64,000 nt of DNA, from NCBI GenBank assembly GCA_964291395.2, contig OZ219856.1:1440001-1504000 (forward strand). The letters run 5' to 3'. Under the pieces are notes generated by a model that was given only the letters and a program-made list of their open reading frames with translations, did not search any database and had not been told where the DNA came from. The translations under genes were made by a program, and so were the position numbers. The first letter of the stretch is position 1. Each line of letters starts with the position of its first letter. Of the stretch, positions 28,952 to 36,393 are shown one piece after another. This stretch comes from Alphaproteobacteria bacterium. Its GTDB lineage: Bacteria; Pseudomonadota; Alphaproteobacteria; UBA2966.

Positions 28952-30379
28952 TTACCCGGCAGCTGGGCTCGACAACAGCCAGAGACCGAACATCGTGTAG
29001 GCGATCATCAGGACGGTCATGGGAATCTGGCTGAGCACGGCGCTTCGCGGCTTCCCGTAAAGGCGGATGGCCAGGAAGTGGGCAATCGCGACCGCGACCA
29101 CGTGGGCGGCCACGATACCGACGACCTGGAGGTTCCAGATCAGCTCGATGGACGTGCGGTTCGTTACGATGGAGGCGTGCACGTGCATGTCGCGGGTGCC
29201 GATCAGGTTCCAGCCGAGCGCGAACGGGTCGGACAACGCGCGCAGCGTGAACTGGCTGTCCAGAAGGAGCTCCGGAAGGTAGTGGGCGAAGTGGTAGCCG
29301 AAGGCGATCGGCGCGATCGCCACCACGAAGCATCCCAGTTGCGTTCCGATCGGCACATCGGATCTGGCGAGCAGGTGTCCCAGGGTCACGGCGAGGCAGT
29401 ACACGGACACGAGGGCGCCGAAGACCGCCACCAGTCCCAGCGAATTGATTCCGACGAGGGCGGTGCGGCCCGGATACTCCAGCGGGTTCACGCCGACAAG
29501 GTCGAGCCAGAGAAAAGTTCGCGAGAAACCGTCGAACGAGACGGAGGAAAGGGCCAGCAGGATGAAAACCATGCCGCTTAGCGGGAGGACGCCCACGTCC
29601 AGCAGACGCATGCCGGGAATGGTGATGAAGGCAGCCCGGCGTCTCCCTTCCCCGTCCAGGCCGAAGGGGGAAAGCCACGAGACGATGCGGAAGAAGATCG
29701 AGAAGATCTCCCCATAGCGCAGCCAGGTCTCGAGGCCGAACAACAGCGTGCCCGCAACCGTGATCAGGAAATAGACGATCACGGCGTGCGCCAGCAGTGC
29801 CGGATCCTGCGGTGCGGGATAGACCAGTTCGAACCAGGCGAACGCCAGGAAGAGGACGATCGCCGGCCAATATCCCGCGGCTTCGGGATACGACACGGGT
29901 GGGATTCGCCTCCAGCGGTCGAGGGGCTTCAGGGCGGTCAGCAGGTAGTGCAGAGCCCTCCACGGATGGAGGAAAGCCCACAGGTTGCCGAAGATCGCGT
30001 GAAGAAACGTGAGCGCGACCCACCACATGGTCCAGAGCATCAGAGGAAGCGGATTTGAGAGAGGGTCCCGGTTTCCCAAGTAGCCGGTAGCGATGAGCGC
30101 CACGACGATGACGAGCGTGGCCGCGCTCGGCACGAGCGGATTCCAGGCCGGCGCCGAGCCGAGGCTGCGGCGGGCGCGCTCCAGTACGTTGAGGCCGGCC
30201 GCCGGGACCGCGGCCATCAGCACGAACGTCAGCGCGACGACTGCGGCGCCCCCGCCGATATACAGGTCGGTCGGCAGCAGCAGGATGACCCCGCGCTCCG
30301 TGGCATGGGCGAACGCGGGGGCGGGGGCGTGCACGATCGCGGTGAGAAGGAAACCGAGGACGGCGGATGCGCGGGTCCG
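28952..30379 (-). CDS. Multi-pass membrane protein ('fenitrothion hydrolase'-like hypothetical family); 5' end abuts an IS end
   Basis: AFAH signal-like motif, LPTDLY..GGAAVVALTF, PIAFGYHFAHY, QIPMTVLMIAYTMFGLWLLS; the ORF-track ATG (30451) lies inside IS sequence. Confidence 0.7.
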   Translation of the reverse strand, partial: RTRASAVLGFLLTAIVHAPAPAFAHATERGVILLLPTDLYIGGGAAVVALTFVLMAAVPAAGLNVLERARRSLGSAPAWNPLVPSAATLVIVVALIATGYLGNRDPLSNPLPLMLWTMWWVALTFLHAIFGNLWAFLHPWRALHYLLTALKPLDRWRRIPPVSYPEAAGYWPAIVLFLAFAWFELVYPAPQDPALLAHAVIVYFLITVAGTLLFGLETWLRYGEIFSIFFRIVSWLSPFGLDGEGRRRAAFITIPGMRLLDVGVLPLSGMVFILLALSSVSFDGFSRTFLWLDLVGVNPLEYPGRTALVGINSLGLVAVFGALVSVYCLAVTLGHLLARSDVPIGTQLGCFVVAIAPIAFGYHFAHYLPELLLDSQFTLRALSDPFALGWNLIGTRDMHVHASIVTNRTSIELIWNLQVVGIVAAHVVAVAIAHFLAIRLYGKPRSAVLSQIPMTVLMIAYTMFGLWLLSSPAAG

Positions 30380-30555
30380 ATGGGGCGGACGCCCCCTCCT
30401 GGCGGCGTCGTAGTGTGCCGAGACGGTTCGACCCTTAGAAGGAGAAGGCATCCGTGGGACAGGTTAGCATCATCGGGATCGATTTTGCGAAGCGGAGTTT
30501 TCAGGCACGCGGCGCGAACGGACGGCTCGGTGGCGTTGCGCAAGAAGCCCGTTCG
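30380..30555 (+). mobile_element. IS110/IS1111-family left end and truncated transposase 5' fragment
   Basis: ATGGGGCGGACGCCCC end motif; RBS AAGGAGAAGG; 30454 GTG...MGQVSIIGIDFAKRSFQARGA, frameshift, DGSVALRKK (DEDD N-terminus GIDxAK). Confidence 0.8.
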
Positions 30556-30994
30556 AAGTCGTCGAGGGCCTCCAAGAACTCCCCATGCCGGACAGGCTCG
30601 GCGATACCCGTCGCCCGCAGCCGGTCAAACGCCCGTTCGAAGATCGCCGTGCAGCCGTCGCCGGTGAACGCCGACCGGGGCGTCAAGCCGGACATTCCAC
30701 CACAAAGGGGCGGTCGGACCCGATATCGACGGCGAAGGGCGCGTCGGGGACACACGGCGCGTCGGAGGCGTGCCGGCGCGTGCGGTAGACTCGATGGATT
30801 GCTGCAACCGGTGGGCTCGGTGACCCGGCGGACTCCTGCCGGTGCGACCGGCGGGAGCGGTGAACGAGCTCTCGGACCGGGCAGTGGCCTCGGCCGCCCC
30901 GGTCCGTCAGAGGAGCCACGAGGCGGCCATGACGAATTCAACGGCGGCCAGTTCGCTCCGGGGATAGAGTGTCGGCGGCGACAGGGGGCGGCTC

Positions 30995-31846
30995 ATGTAC
31001 TTCTTCTATTTCGACGAATCGGGTTCCCGCGACCCCTCGGCCGGCACCGCGGAGAAGCCGAAGGACCATCTCTACGTCCTTCTCGCCGTCGGGATGTACG
31101 AAGGCCAGTGGCGACCGTTCGAGACCGTGATTTCCGACCTGAAGCTCGAACTCGCCGACCGGCTGTCGCGCCAGGGCAAGGGCCGGTTCGAGCTGCCGGA
31201 TTGCGAGGTCAAGTCGAACTGGGTCCGCATTCCGGGCGAGCGCGAGAAGCGCAGCCCGTTCCTTCACGGACTGAGCGCCGCCGACCTGACCCGGCTCACC
31301 GACGCCTATTTCGACCAGGTCGCCGCGCGCCATACCGTCATCATGGCCAGCGTGATCGACAAGCGGTTCCTCCACGACGGCACCACCCACGAAACGCTGC
31401 ACATGACGGCCTACGAGTTCCTGCTGGAGCGCATTCAGCACTACATGCGGCAGTACCACCCGAAACACCGTGCGCTGATCGTGATGGACGACACGAGCCG
31501 GCAGCTCAACCGCGCGGTCGCGATGAAGCATGCCGCGTTTCAGAGGGCGGGGAACCGGAACATGACGTTTCCGGCGATCGTCGAGTATCCGTTCTTCACG
31601 CGCAGCGAGCTGTCGAACGGCGTGCAGCTGGCCGACCTGCTGGCCTACAGCGTCTACCGCGCCTTCAAGGACGAGGACATCGGCTATCCGTACTTCGAGA
31701 GGGTGCTGGGGAACGTCTACCGGCGGCGGCAGGGAACGGCGCTCGACGGATTGAAGGTCTGGCCGGACCGCTCGCCTCTGTCCGCGCTGGCGACGGGGGC
31801 GTGGGACTCGTACCAACAAAAAACCCTCCGAACGGAGGGTGAGTGA
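30995..31846 (+). CDS. DUF3800 domain-containing protein
   Basis: N-terminal YFDESG, central EVKS, C-terminal S..VQLADLLAY; intact 283 aa with strong GC3 bias. Confidence 0.88.
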   Translation: MYFFYFDESGSRDPSAGTAEKPKDHLYVLLAVGMYEGQWRPFETVISDLKLELADRLSRQGKGRFELPDCEVKSNWVRIPGEREKRSPFLHGLSAADLTRLTDAYFDQVAARHTVIMASVIDKRFLHDGTTHETLHMTAYEFLLERIQHYMRQYHPKHRALIVMDDTSRQLNRAVAMKHAAFQRAGNRNMTFPAIVEYPFFTRSELSNGVQLADLLAYSVYRAFKDEDIGYPYFERVLGNVYRRRQGTALDGLKVWPDRSPLSALATGAWDSYQQKTLRTEGE

Positions 31847-31895
31847 TGTCGGGCTGGGCGGACCATATCGAGCCCATCAAGGGCACCCGACGACG
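31815..31895 (-). ncRNA. Candidate DUF3800-associated small structured RNA, convergent with and overlapping the gene's 3' end
   Basis: Minus-strand TTGACA-N19-CATATT upstream; stem GUCGGG/CCCGAC enclosing a GCCC/GGGC hairpin; ends in ACCCUCCG-UU-CGGAGGGU plus U-tract. Confidence 0.65.
31818..31840 (-). terminator. Rho-independent terminator on the minus strand, inside the last codons of the DUF3800 gene
   Basis: Plus-strand AAAAAA-CCCTCCG-AA-CGGAGGGT reads as hairpin plus U6 on the minus strand. Confidence 0.75.
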
Positions 31896-31926
31896 AATAT
31901 GTCGCATTTGGGTACGCCATTGTCAA
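31896..31926 (-). promoter_or_regulatory. Putative sigma70 promoter for the antisense small RNA
   Basis: -35 TTGACA (31926-31921), -10 CATATT (31901-31896); the 19-nt spacer is longer than optimal. Confidence 0.45.
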
Positions 31927-32057
31927 TCCCGGGGGAACGCCGAAGGAAGAAAGAACTGCAAATATAACGGTTAGTTGGGCACCGCGTGGCACTGCAAGGA
32001 ACCGACTGTCCTCGGGAGGAAAAAGACGCCTGTCTTTGCCTTCGAAAGGGGGAGACC

Positions 32058-32200
32058 ATGGGCAAAGGCTCGAAAGGTGGTGGTACGAAAGGTGGTTCCG
32101 GTAGTTCGAAGGGTGGCAAGGGCCAAGCGAACTGGCCGTCCAAGAAGGAGGGCCAGCCATCGGGCCCGCGCCGGGCAATGCTCCACCAGAAAGCAGGTGA
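32058..32200 (+). CDS. Gly/Lys-rich microprotein (47 aa if one G is restored at 32173-32175; 57 aa to 32231 as written)
   Basis: RBS AAAGGGGGAGA; MGKGSKGGGTKGGSGSSKGGKGQANWPSKKEGQPSGPRR/GNAPPESR*. Confidence 0.6.
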
Positions 32201-32203
32201 GGA

Positions 32204-32307
32204 GTGCCGCTGGCCGGACCCGCTGGGTTAGCGTCCTGGCGGCGGCGCTCCTGCGCATGATCCAGAACGAGCCGGAAGTTGTCCGCCGGGCGTTGCTCTC
32301 GGCATGA
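32204..32307 (+). pseudogene. C-terminal fragment of an XRE/HigA-type HTH antitoxin
   Basis: RWPDP...AAALLRMIQNEPEVVRRAL resembles the PxxxAxxLLxxIxxxP tail of HTH_3 antitoxins; no N-terminus. Confidence 0.5.
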
Positions 32308-32310
32308 GAG

Positions 32311-32757
32311 CTACGGATCCTGTGCTGAACCCGCGATCAACGACGCCCAATCGTCGGGCGGGTTCCCCCGGGCGAGCATTCCGGCGAACACCCTGTAGGG
32401 ATCGGTCTTGCTCCCGGAGGACCGCAACGTGCGTTCGTCGTTGATCCATGCATAGACGATCACCTTTGCCCTGGCGTCGTAGCGGAAGAACACCCGGAAT
32501 CGCCGGCCGATCTTCGCGCGCCGCCAGTGTCGATAGCCTCTCCCGAGCATATTCCCTTGCCGATACTCGGCCCGGGACGGGTCCTGCGGGATAACTTCCG
32601 ACACCGCCCGGTCGACTGCGCGCAACAGCTTCACGTTCACATTCGATTCGAATCCTTGCGGGTCCTTTCGCCGGGCGCGCTCGGCGGCCTCCTTGAGTCT
32701 GCCGCGCTGCCTGCCGAACTCCGTGTAGAACAGCAGCCTCCAGCCGTACCTTTCCAC
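32311..32757 (-). CDS. yhaV: Type II toxin YhaV family (RelE-superfamily RNase)
   Basis: IPQDP...YRQGNMLG..YRHWRRAK..RFRVFFRY...IVYAWIND..TLR...DPY.VF..ML..GNPPDDW. Confidence 0.92.
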   Translation of the reverse strand: MERYGWRLLFYTEFGRQRGRLKEAAERARRKDPQGFESNVNVKLLRAVDRAVSEVIPQDPSRAEYRQGNMLGRGYRHWRRAKIGRRFRVFFRYDARAKVIVYAWINDERTLRSSGSKTDPYRVFAGMLARGNPPDDWASLIAGSAQDP

Positions 32758-33077
32758 TACAGATCCACATCGCCCTCGATGGGCTCGTCGAGATCGATGT
32801 CCAGCTCGGCATGTTCCAGCATCTCCCGTGCGACGTCGTCGGGGATTTCCTCCACCCCTCGTCCAGCCTCGACCTCCTTCTCCAGCAGGTCGAGAAACGC
32901 CCTGATGGCCGGATCTTCGTGCTCGCCGTCGGCGCGGCTCACGACGACCTGTCCGTTTTCGTGCAGTTCGAACATCACCTTGGTTCCGGTGTCCGCGCCG
33001 AGTGCCTGGCGGATCGGCTTCGGCACCGTGATTTGGCCTTTCGCGGTCATCGTGGCGACTTCGTGAATGATTGGCAT
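32757..33077 (-). CDS. prlF: Type II antitoxin PrlF (SohA) family
   Basis: AbrB-like ATMTAKGQITVPKPIRQALG, EDPAI..FLDLL, DLDEPIEGDV; stop overlaps the yhaV start. Confidence 0.9.
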   Translation of the reverse strand: MPIIHEVATMTAKGQITVPKPIRQALGADTGTKVMFELHENGQVVVSRADGEHEDPAIRAFLDLLEKEVEAGRGVEEIPDDVAREMLEHAELDIDLDEPIEGDVDL

Positions 33078-33111
33078 CCCCCGGCGCTCCTCTCCCGTGC
33101 TCCGCGACATC

Positions 33112-33129
33112 GTAAGGAATTCCCCTTAC
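33112..33129. promoter_or_regulatory. Palindromic operator upstream of prlF (probable TA autoregulation)
   Basis: GTAAGG-AATTCC-CCTTAC. Confidence 0.6.
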
Positions 33130-33139
33130 CTCGTCAACT

Positions 33140-33265
33140 TGGATGAGATTCCCGGCTTGGCCTCGCCTATCTCGCGGACCCTGCCTCAGCTTAAATCCGT
33201 CGAACCGCCGTGGTACGGACCCGTATGCCCGGTGATGTGGGAGGGGTTGAGCCGTGAGTCACCCG
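33140..33265 (+). mobile_element. 3' remnant of a group IIC intron (domain V and partial domain VI)
   Basis: GAACCGCCGTGGTACGGACCCGTATGCCCGGTGATGTGGGAGGGG from 33202 matches the class C domain V pattern with a CGC triad; no RT ORF retained. Confidence 0.85.
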
Positions 33266-33432
33266 CACGTCGCAGTTACAAGCAACTCTCGTTCTCCAAT
33301 AGTGACGACAAATGACCGCTCCGCTCTCCTGGCTCATAGATACCAATGTGGTCTCCGAAATGATGCGGCCGCGGCCAGAACCACGCGTTGCCTCTTTTCT
33401 GGACTCGATCGCCACCGATGGCATCGGCCTCG
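33258..33432 (+). pseudogene. vapBC remnant: antitoxin tail overlapping (ATGA) a truncated PIN toxin
   Basis: 33312 MTAPLSWLIDTNVVSEMMRPRPEPRVASFLD is a VapC N-terminus (DTN..SE); homology ends at about 33432. Confidence 0.8.
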
Positions 33433-33639
33433 TTTCCTCGGCCGCGCCGGCGTCGGCCAGACGGGCGATCTCGGCCTCGGTATGGGTACGCGCCAGGTCG
33501 AAGGGGGCAGACCGCAGGTACATGAGCAGGCCGACGCCGCCGGGATAGGGATCGCGCCAATGTAAGACGTCGTGGCGCCTCCGACGGCGCCGGTCCACCC
33601 GCCCGGCGGCTGCGTTCCGCCGGGGCAAGGGATTCGGTC

Positions 33640-33778
33640 GGCGCGGCCCCTACCAGCGCCCTGTGGATAAGGGGACAGCCGCTCCGCGCCTGACCACTTC
33701 CACACAAGGCCGGCAACCTCAACAGCAGCGGCCAATCGATGTGCTATGAAATCCGGACAATTCTACTCGCTAGCGACA
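33640..33778 (+). mobile_element. Orphan IS right end (IS481/ISNCY-like)
   Basis: CTGTGGATAAGGGGACA...CCACTTCCACACAAGGC...AACAGCAGCGGCCAATCGATGTGCTATGAAATCCGGACAATTCTACTCGCTAGCGACA, ending in ACA (5'-TGT terminus); no transposase. Confidence 0.6.
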
Positions 33779-33899
33779 GCCCTTCATGCTGCTACCCTCC
33801 CCGGAAACTGACAACGCCGTGTCGTCTCCGCCGTCATGGCCGACACACTCTAGACGTATTTGAACGATCGATCCACAACGATGTGGAAGAGGCGAACCG

Positions 33900-34130
33900 C
33901 CCGCCGGCTCGCGCACCGTGCCGGACACTCGTGTCCGCGCTCGACACGTCCCTCACGCACAAGCTCGTGCAGTGCCGCGGTGACGGTTGCGTTGCGCGCT
34001 CCGGCGCGTCTTCGGATCTCGGACTGCAAGAGTGTCGCTTCGGCCTGCGCGAGCACCTGCACGATCCGCTGTTCAGGGCTTTCCGGCTCCGGCGGAGCCT
34101 GGTCCGGCACCTGGAAGGAGGGAAGACGTT
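33900..34130 (-). pseudogene. Winged-helix C-terminal fragment, probably from a mobile-element AAA ATPase
   Basis: PEQRIVQVLAQAEATLLQSEIRRRAGARNATVTAALHELVREGRVER wHTH pattern with no credible N-terminus. Confidence 0.45.
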
Positions 34131-34641
34131 CCAATGGAGCGTCGGGACTTGGTGGAACGAGAACAATGCAAGTATTCGGATGACGGCGTTGGTTGCTCCC
34201 GAGTTGGGAATTCGTTGGATTCGTTGGACTCGTTGACAAGTGGACGGCCGCAGATATGTTTCCCGGGATCAGTCCCCGGGCGCGGACGGCCATGCCATGA
34301 CGACGCTTTCCAAGACCGATGCGGCGGCGGCGCCCGAAGTCCCGGCTGTGCCGAACGCTCCTGATCCCAGCGCTTGAAGGTCCTCCTCGACGTTGCAGTC
34401 TCGCCGCGCCTGCGGCCCCTCACATACTCCGGGACGACCCCCTGTCGCGGCCGTGCGAGCGTGTCCGGTGCTGCCGCGTGAACCGCTTGGGCGTGGGCAC
34501 GGTAATCGATGGTGCGGTTTCCACGGTATTTGATGGACCCTGGGACCAACCCCGGACCAGCTCCGGGGGTGACCCGGCCGTCCACTCGCGAACGATGGAT
34601 GCCCGCATCGAGCGCGAACTCGACTCGACTCCCCTCCTCCC

Positions 34642-36393
34642 CTACTCCGCCGCGCGAGCGGCTGCACGGCGTTCGGCCCGGAGCGCCTCGGTGGCGGCCG
34701 TATCCAGGGCATCCGCCGACAGCACGACGCCGTAGAGCTCGGCGGCCTGCTCGACCGTGTAGTAGCCGCGCCTTACGTCGTCGCGCACGAGCTCGGGATC
34801 GCGGTCGAGCGGATCGCCGTAGCCGCCGCCGCCCGGCGTCGACACGCGGACGCGGTCGCCCGCCGAGATATGGATGTCCTGCTCCTTGGACAGGTGCGGC
34901 GGAACATGGGTCTTGCCGTCGCGGGTCACGCGGACCTTGTTGACGTCACCGTCCGAGCCGCCCAGCACGCCCTGGGGGCCGGTGCGCCCGTGATCCATGA
35001 CGAAGGAGGCCCTGGCCTCTCCGCGCCGCAACGTCACCTCGTAGTTGATGCCGAAGCCGCCGCGCCGCCTGCCGGCCCCGCCGGAGCCCTCGTGCAGCGA
35101 GTACTCCTCGAACAGCACGGGGTAGCGCTGCTCCACGATCTCGACCGGCTGGGTCTTGGAGATGCCGATGGTGGAGCAGCCGTTCGAGATGCCGTCGGCG
35201 TCGGCGTTTCCGCCATACCCGCCACCGCTCAACAGATACATGACGTAGCTGCGGTCTTGCTCGGGGTCGTAACCGCCCAGCGCGAAGTTGCCGCTCGTGC
35301 CCGCAGGCGCGGCGAACAGGAGATCGGGCAACGCCGGGGTCAGGGCGGCGAACACCGCCTCCGCAATGCGCTGACTCACTTCGGCCGCGCAACCGGAGAC
35401 CGGGCGCGGATACTCGGCATAGAGAAAAGTGCCTTTCGGATCCTCGATGCGAAGCGGCGCGTAGGTTCCGGCGTTGATCGGAACTTCGGGAAAGATGTGC
35501 TTGACCGCGAGATAGATGGCGGACCGCGTGGTGGCGATCACGCTGTTCATGGGGCCGAGACACGGCGGGCTCGAGTCCGACATGTCGAAGTAGAGATCCG
35601 TATCGGTCTTGCGGATCTTCATGTCGATCTTGAGCGGTTCGTCAACGACGCCGTCGGAGTCGACGTACGCCACGCCGTGGTACTCGCCGTCGGGAATGGT
35701 CGCGATCCTGGCCCGCATCTGCCGTTCCGCCCGCGCCCGCAGCTCGACGATGCATTCGTCGACGGTGTCCTTCCCGTAGCGGTCGAGCAGGGCCGTGAAA
35801 CGCCGCTCGCCGACGGTCAGCGCCGCGGCCTGCGCCTTGATGTCACCGATGCGCTGATCCGCCAACCGGATATTCGAGAGGATGATCTGCATGATCTCCT
35901 CGTCCATCACGCCTTCCTTGAACAGCTTGACCGGCGGCAGCCGCAGTCCTTCCTGCTCGACCTCCGTGGCGTTGGCGGAGAAGCCGCCGGGCACCCCCCC
36001 GCCCGTGTCCGGCCAGTGCCCCGTGTTGGAGAGCCAGGCATACACCTCGCCCTCGTAGAAGAACGGCTTGTTGAAGCGCACGTCCATCAGGTGCGTGCCG
36101 CCGAGATAGGGATCGTTGACGATATACATGTCGTCGGGCTTCAGGTCCCTGGCGCGCTCGATGACCTCCCGCGTGCCGAACTGCATGGTCCCCACGAAGA
36201 CCGGCAGGCCGAGCTCTCCCTGGGCGATCAGCTCGCCCGTGTCCTTGTGATAGATGCCGTCGGACCGGTCCAGGGCTTCGGATATGACCGGGCTGAAGGC
36301 GGACCGCACGAAGGCCAGATCCATCTCGTTGCAGACCTGTTGCAGGCCGCTCTGGATCACGGCGAGGGTCACGGGGTCGATAGTCGATGTCAT
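34642..36393 (-). CDS. hyuB: Hydantoinase B / 5-oxoprolinase family subunit
   Basis: MTSTIDPVTLAVI, NDPYLGGTHLMD, HWPDTGG, QEGLRLPP, TPGGGGYG; own ATG overlaps the hyuA stop (ATGA). Confidence 0.92.
   Translation of the reverse strand: MTSTIDPVTLAVIQSGLQQVCNEMDLAFVRSAFSPVISEALDRSDGIYHKDTGELIAQGELGLPVFVGTMQFGTREVIERARDLKPDDMYIVNDPYLGGTHLMDVRFNKPFFYEGEVYAWLSNTGHWPDTGGGVPGGFSANATEVEQEGLRLPPVKLFKEGVMDEEIMQIILSNIRLADQRIGDIKAQAAALTVGERRFTALLDRYGKDTVDECIVELRARAERQMRARIATIPDGEYHGVAYVDSDGVVDEPLKIDMKIRKTDTDLYFDMSDSSPPCLGPMNSVIATTRSAIYLAVKHIFPEVPINAGTYAPLRIEDPKGTFLYAEYPRPVSGCAAEVSQRIAEAVFAALTPALPDLLFAAPAGTSGNFALGGYDPEQDRSYVMYLLSGGGYGGNADADGISNGCSTIGISKTQPVEIVEQRYPVLFEEYSLHEGSGGAGRRRGGFGINYEVTLRRGEARASFVMDHGRTGPQGVLGGSDGDVNKVRVTRDGKTHVPPHLSKEQDIHISAGDRVRVSTPGGGGYGDPLDRDPELVRDDVRRGYYTVEQAAELYGVVLSADALDTAATEALRAERRAAARAAE

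Noticed and set aside
30501-30695. Small minus-strand ORF MSGLTPRSAFTGDGCTAIFERAFDRLRATG... and a 12-bp direct repeat GCCCGTTCGAAG (30547, 30631)
   Set aside because: Possibly a gene fragment, but no family recognised and it runs into the IS remnant; the repeat is too short to call a target duplication
30454-31842. 462-aa ORF starting like an IS110 transposase
   Set aside because: Only the first ~21 residues are transposase-like; the rest is out-of-frame read-through across the DUF3800 gene. No intact transposase or bridge-RNA locus can be claimed
34200-34620. Short repeats (TTCGTTGGA-like x3) and coding-like fragments at the islet's right edge
   Set aside because: No assignable family or boundary; treated as debris
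30380-34620. Integron cassette array explanation for the TA-rich islet
   Set aside because: No integrase and no repeated attC-like sites recognised; gene orientations are mixed
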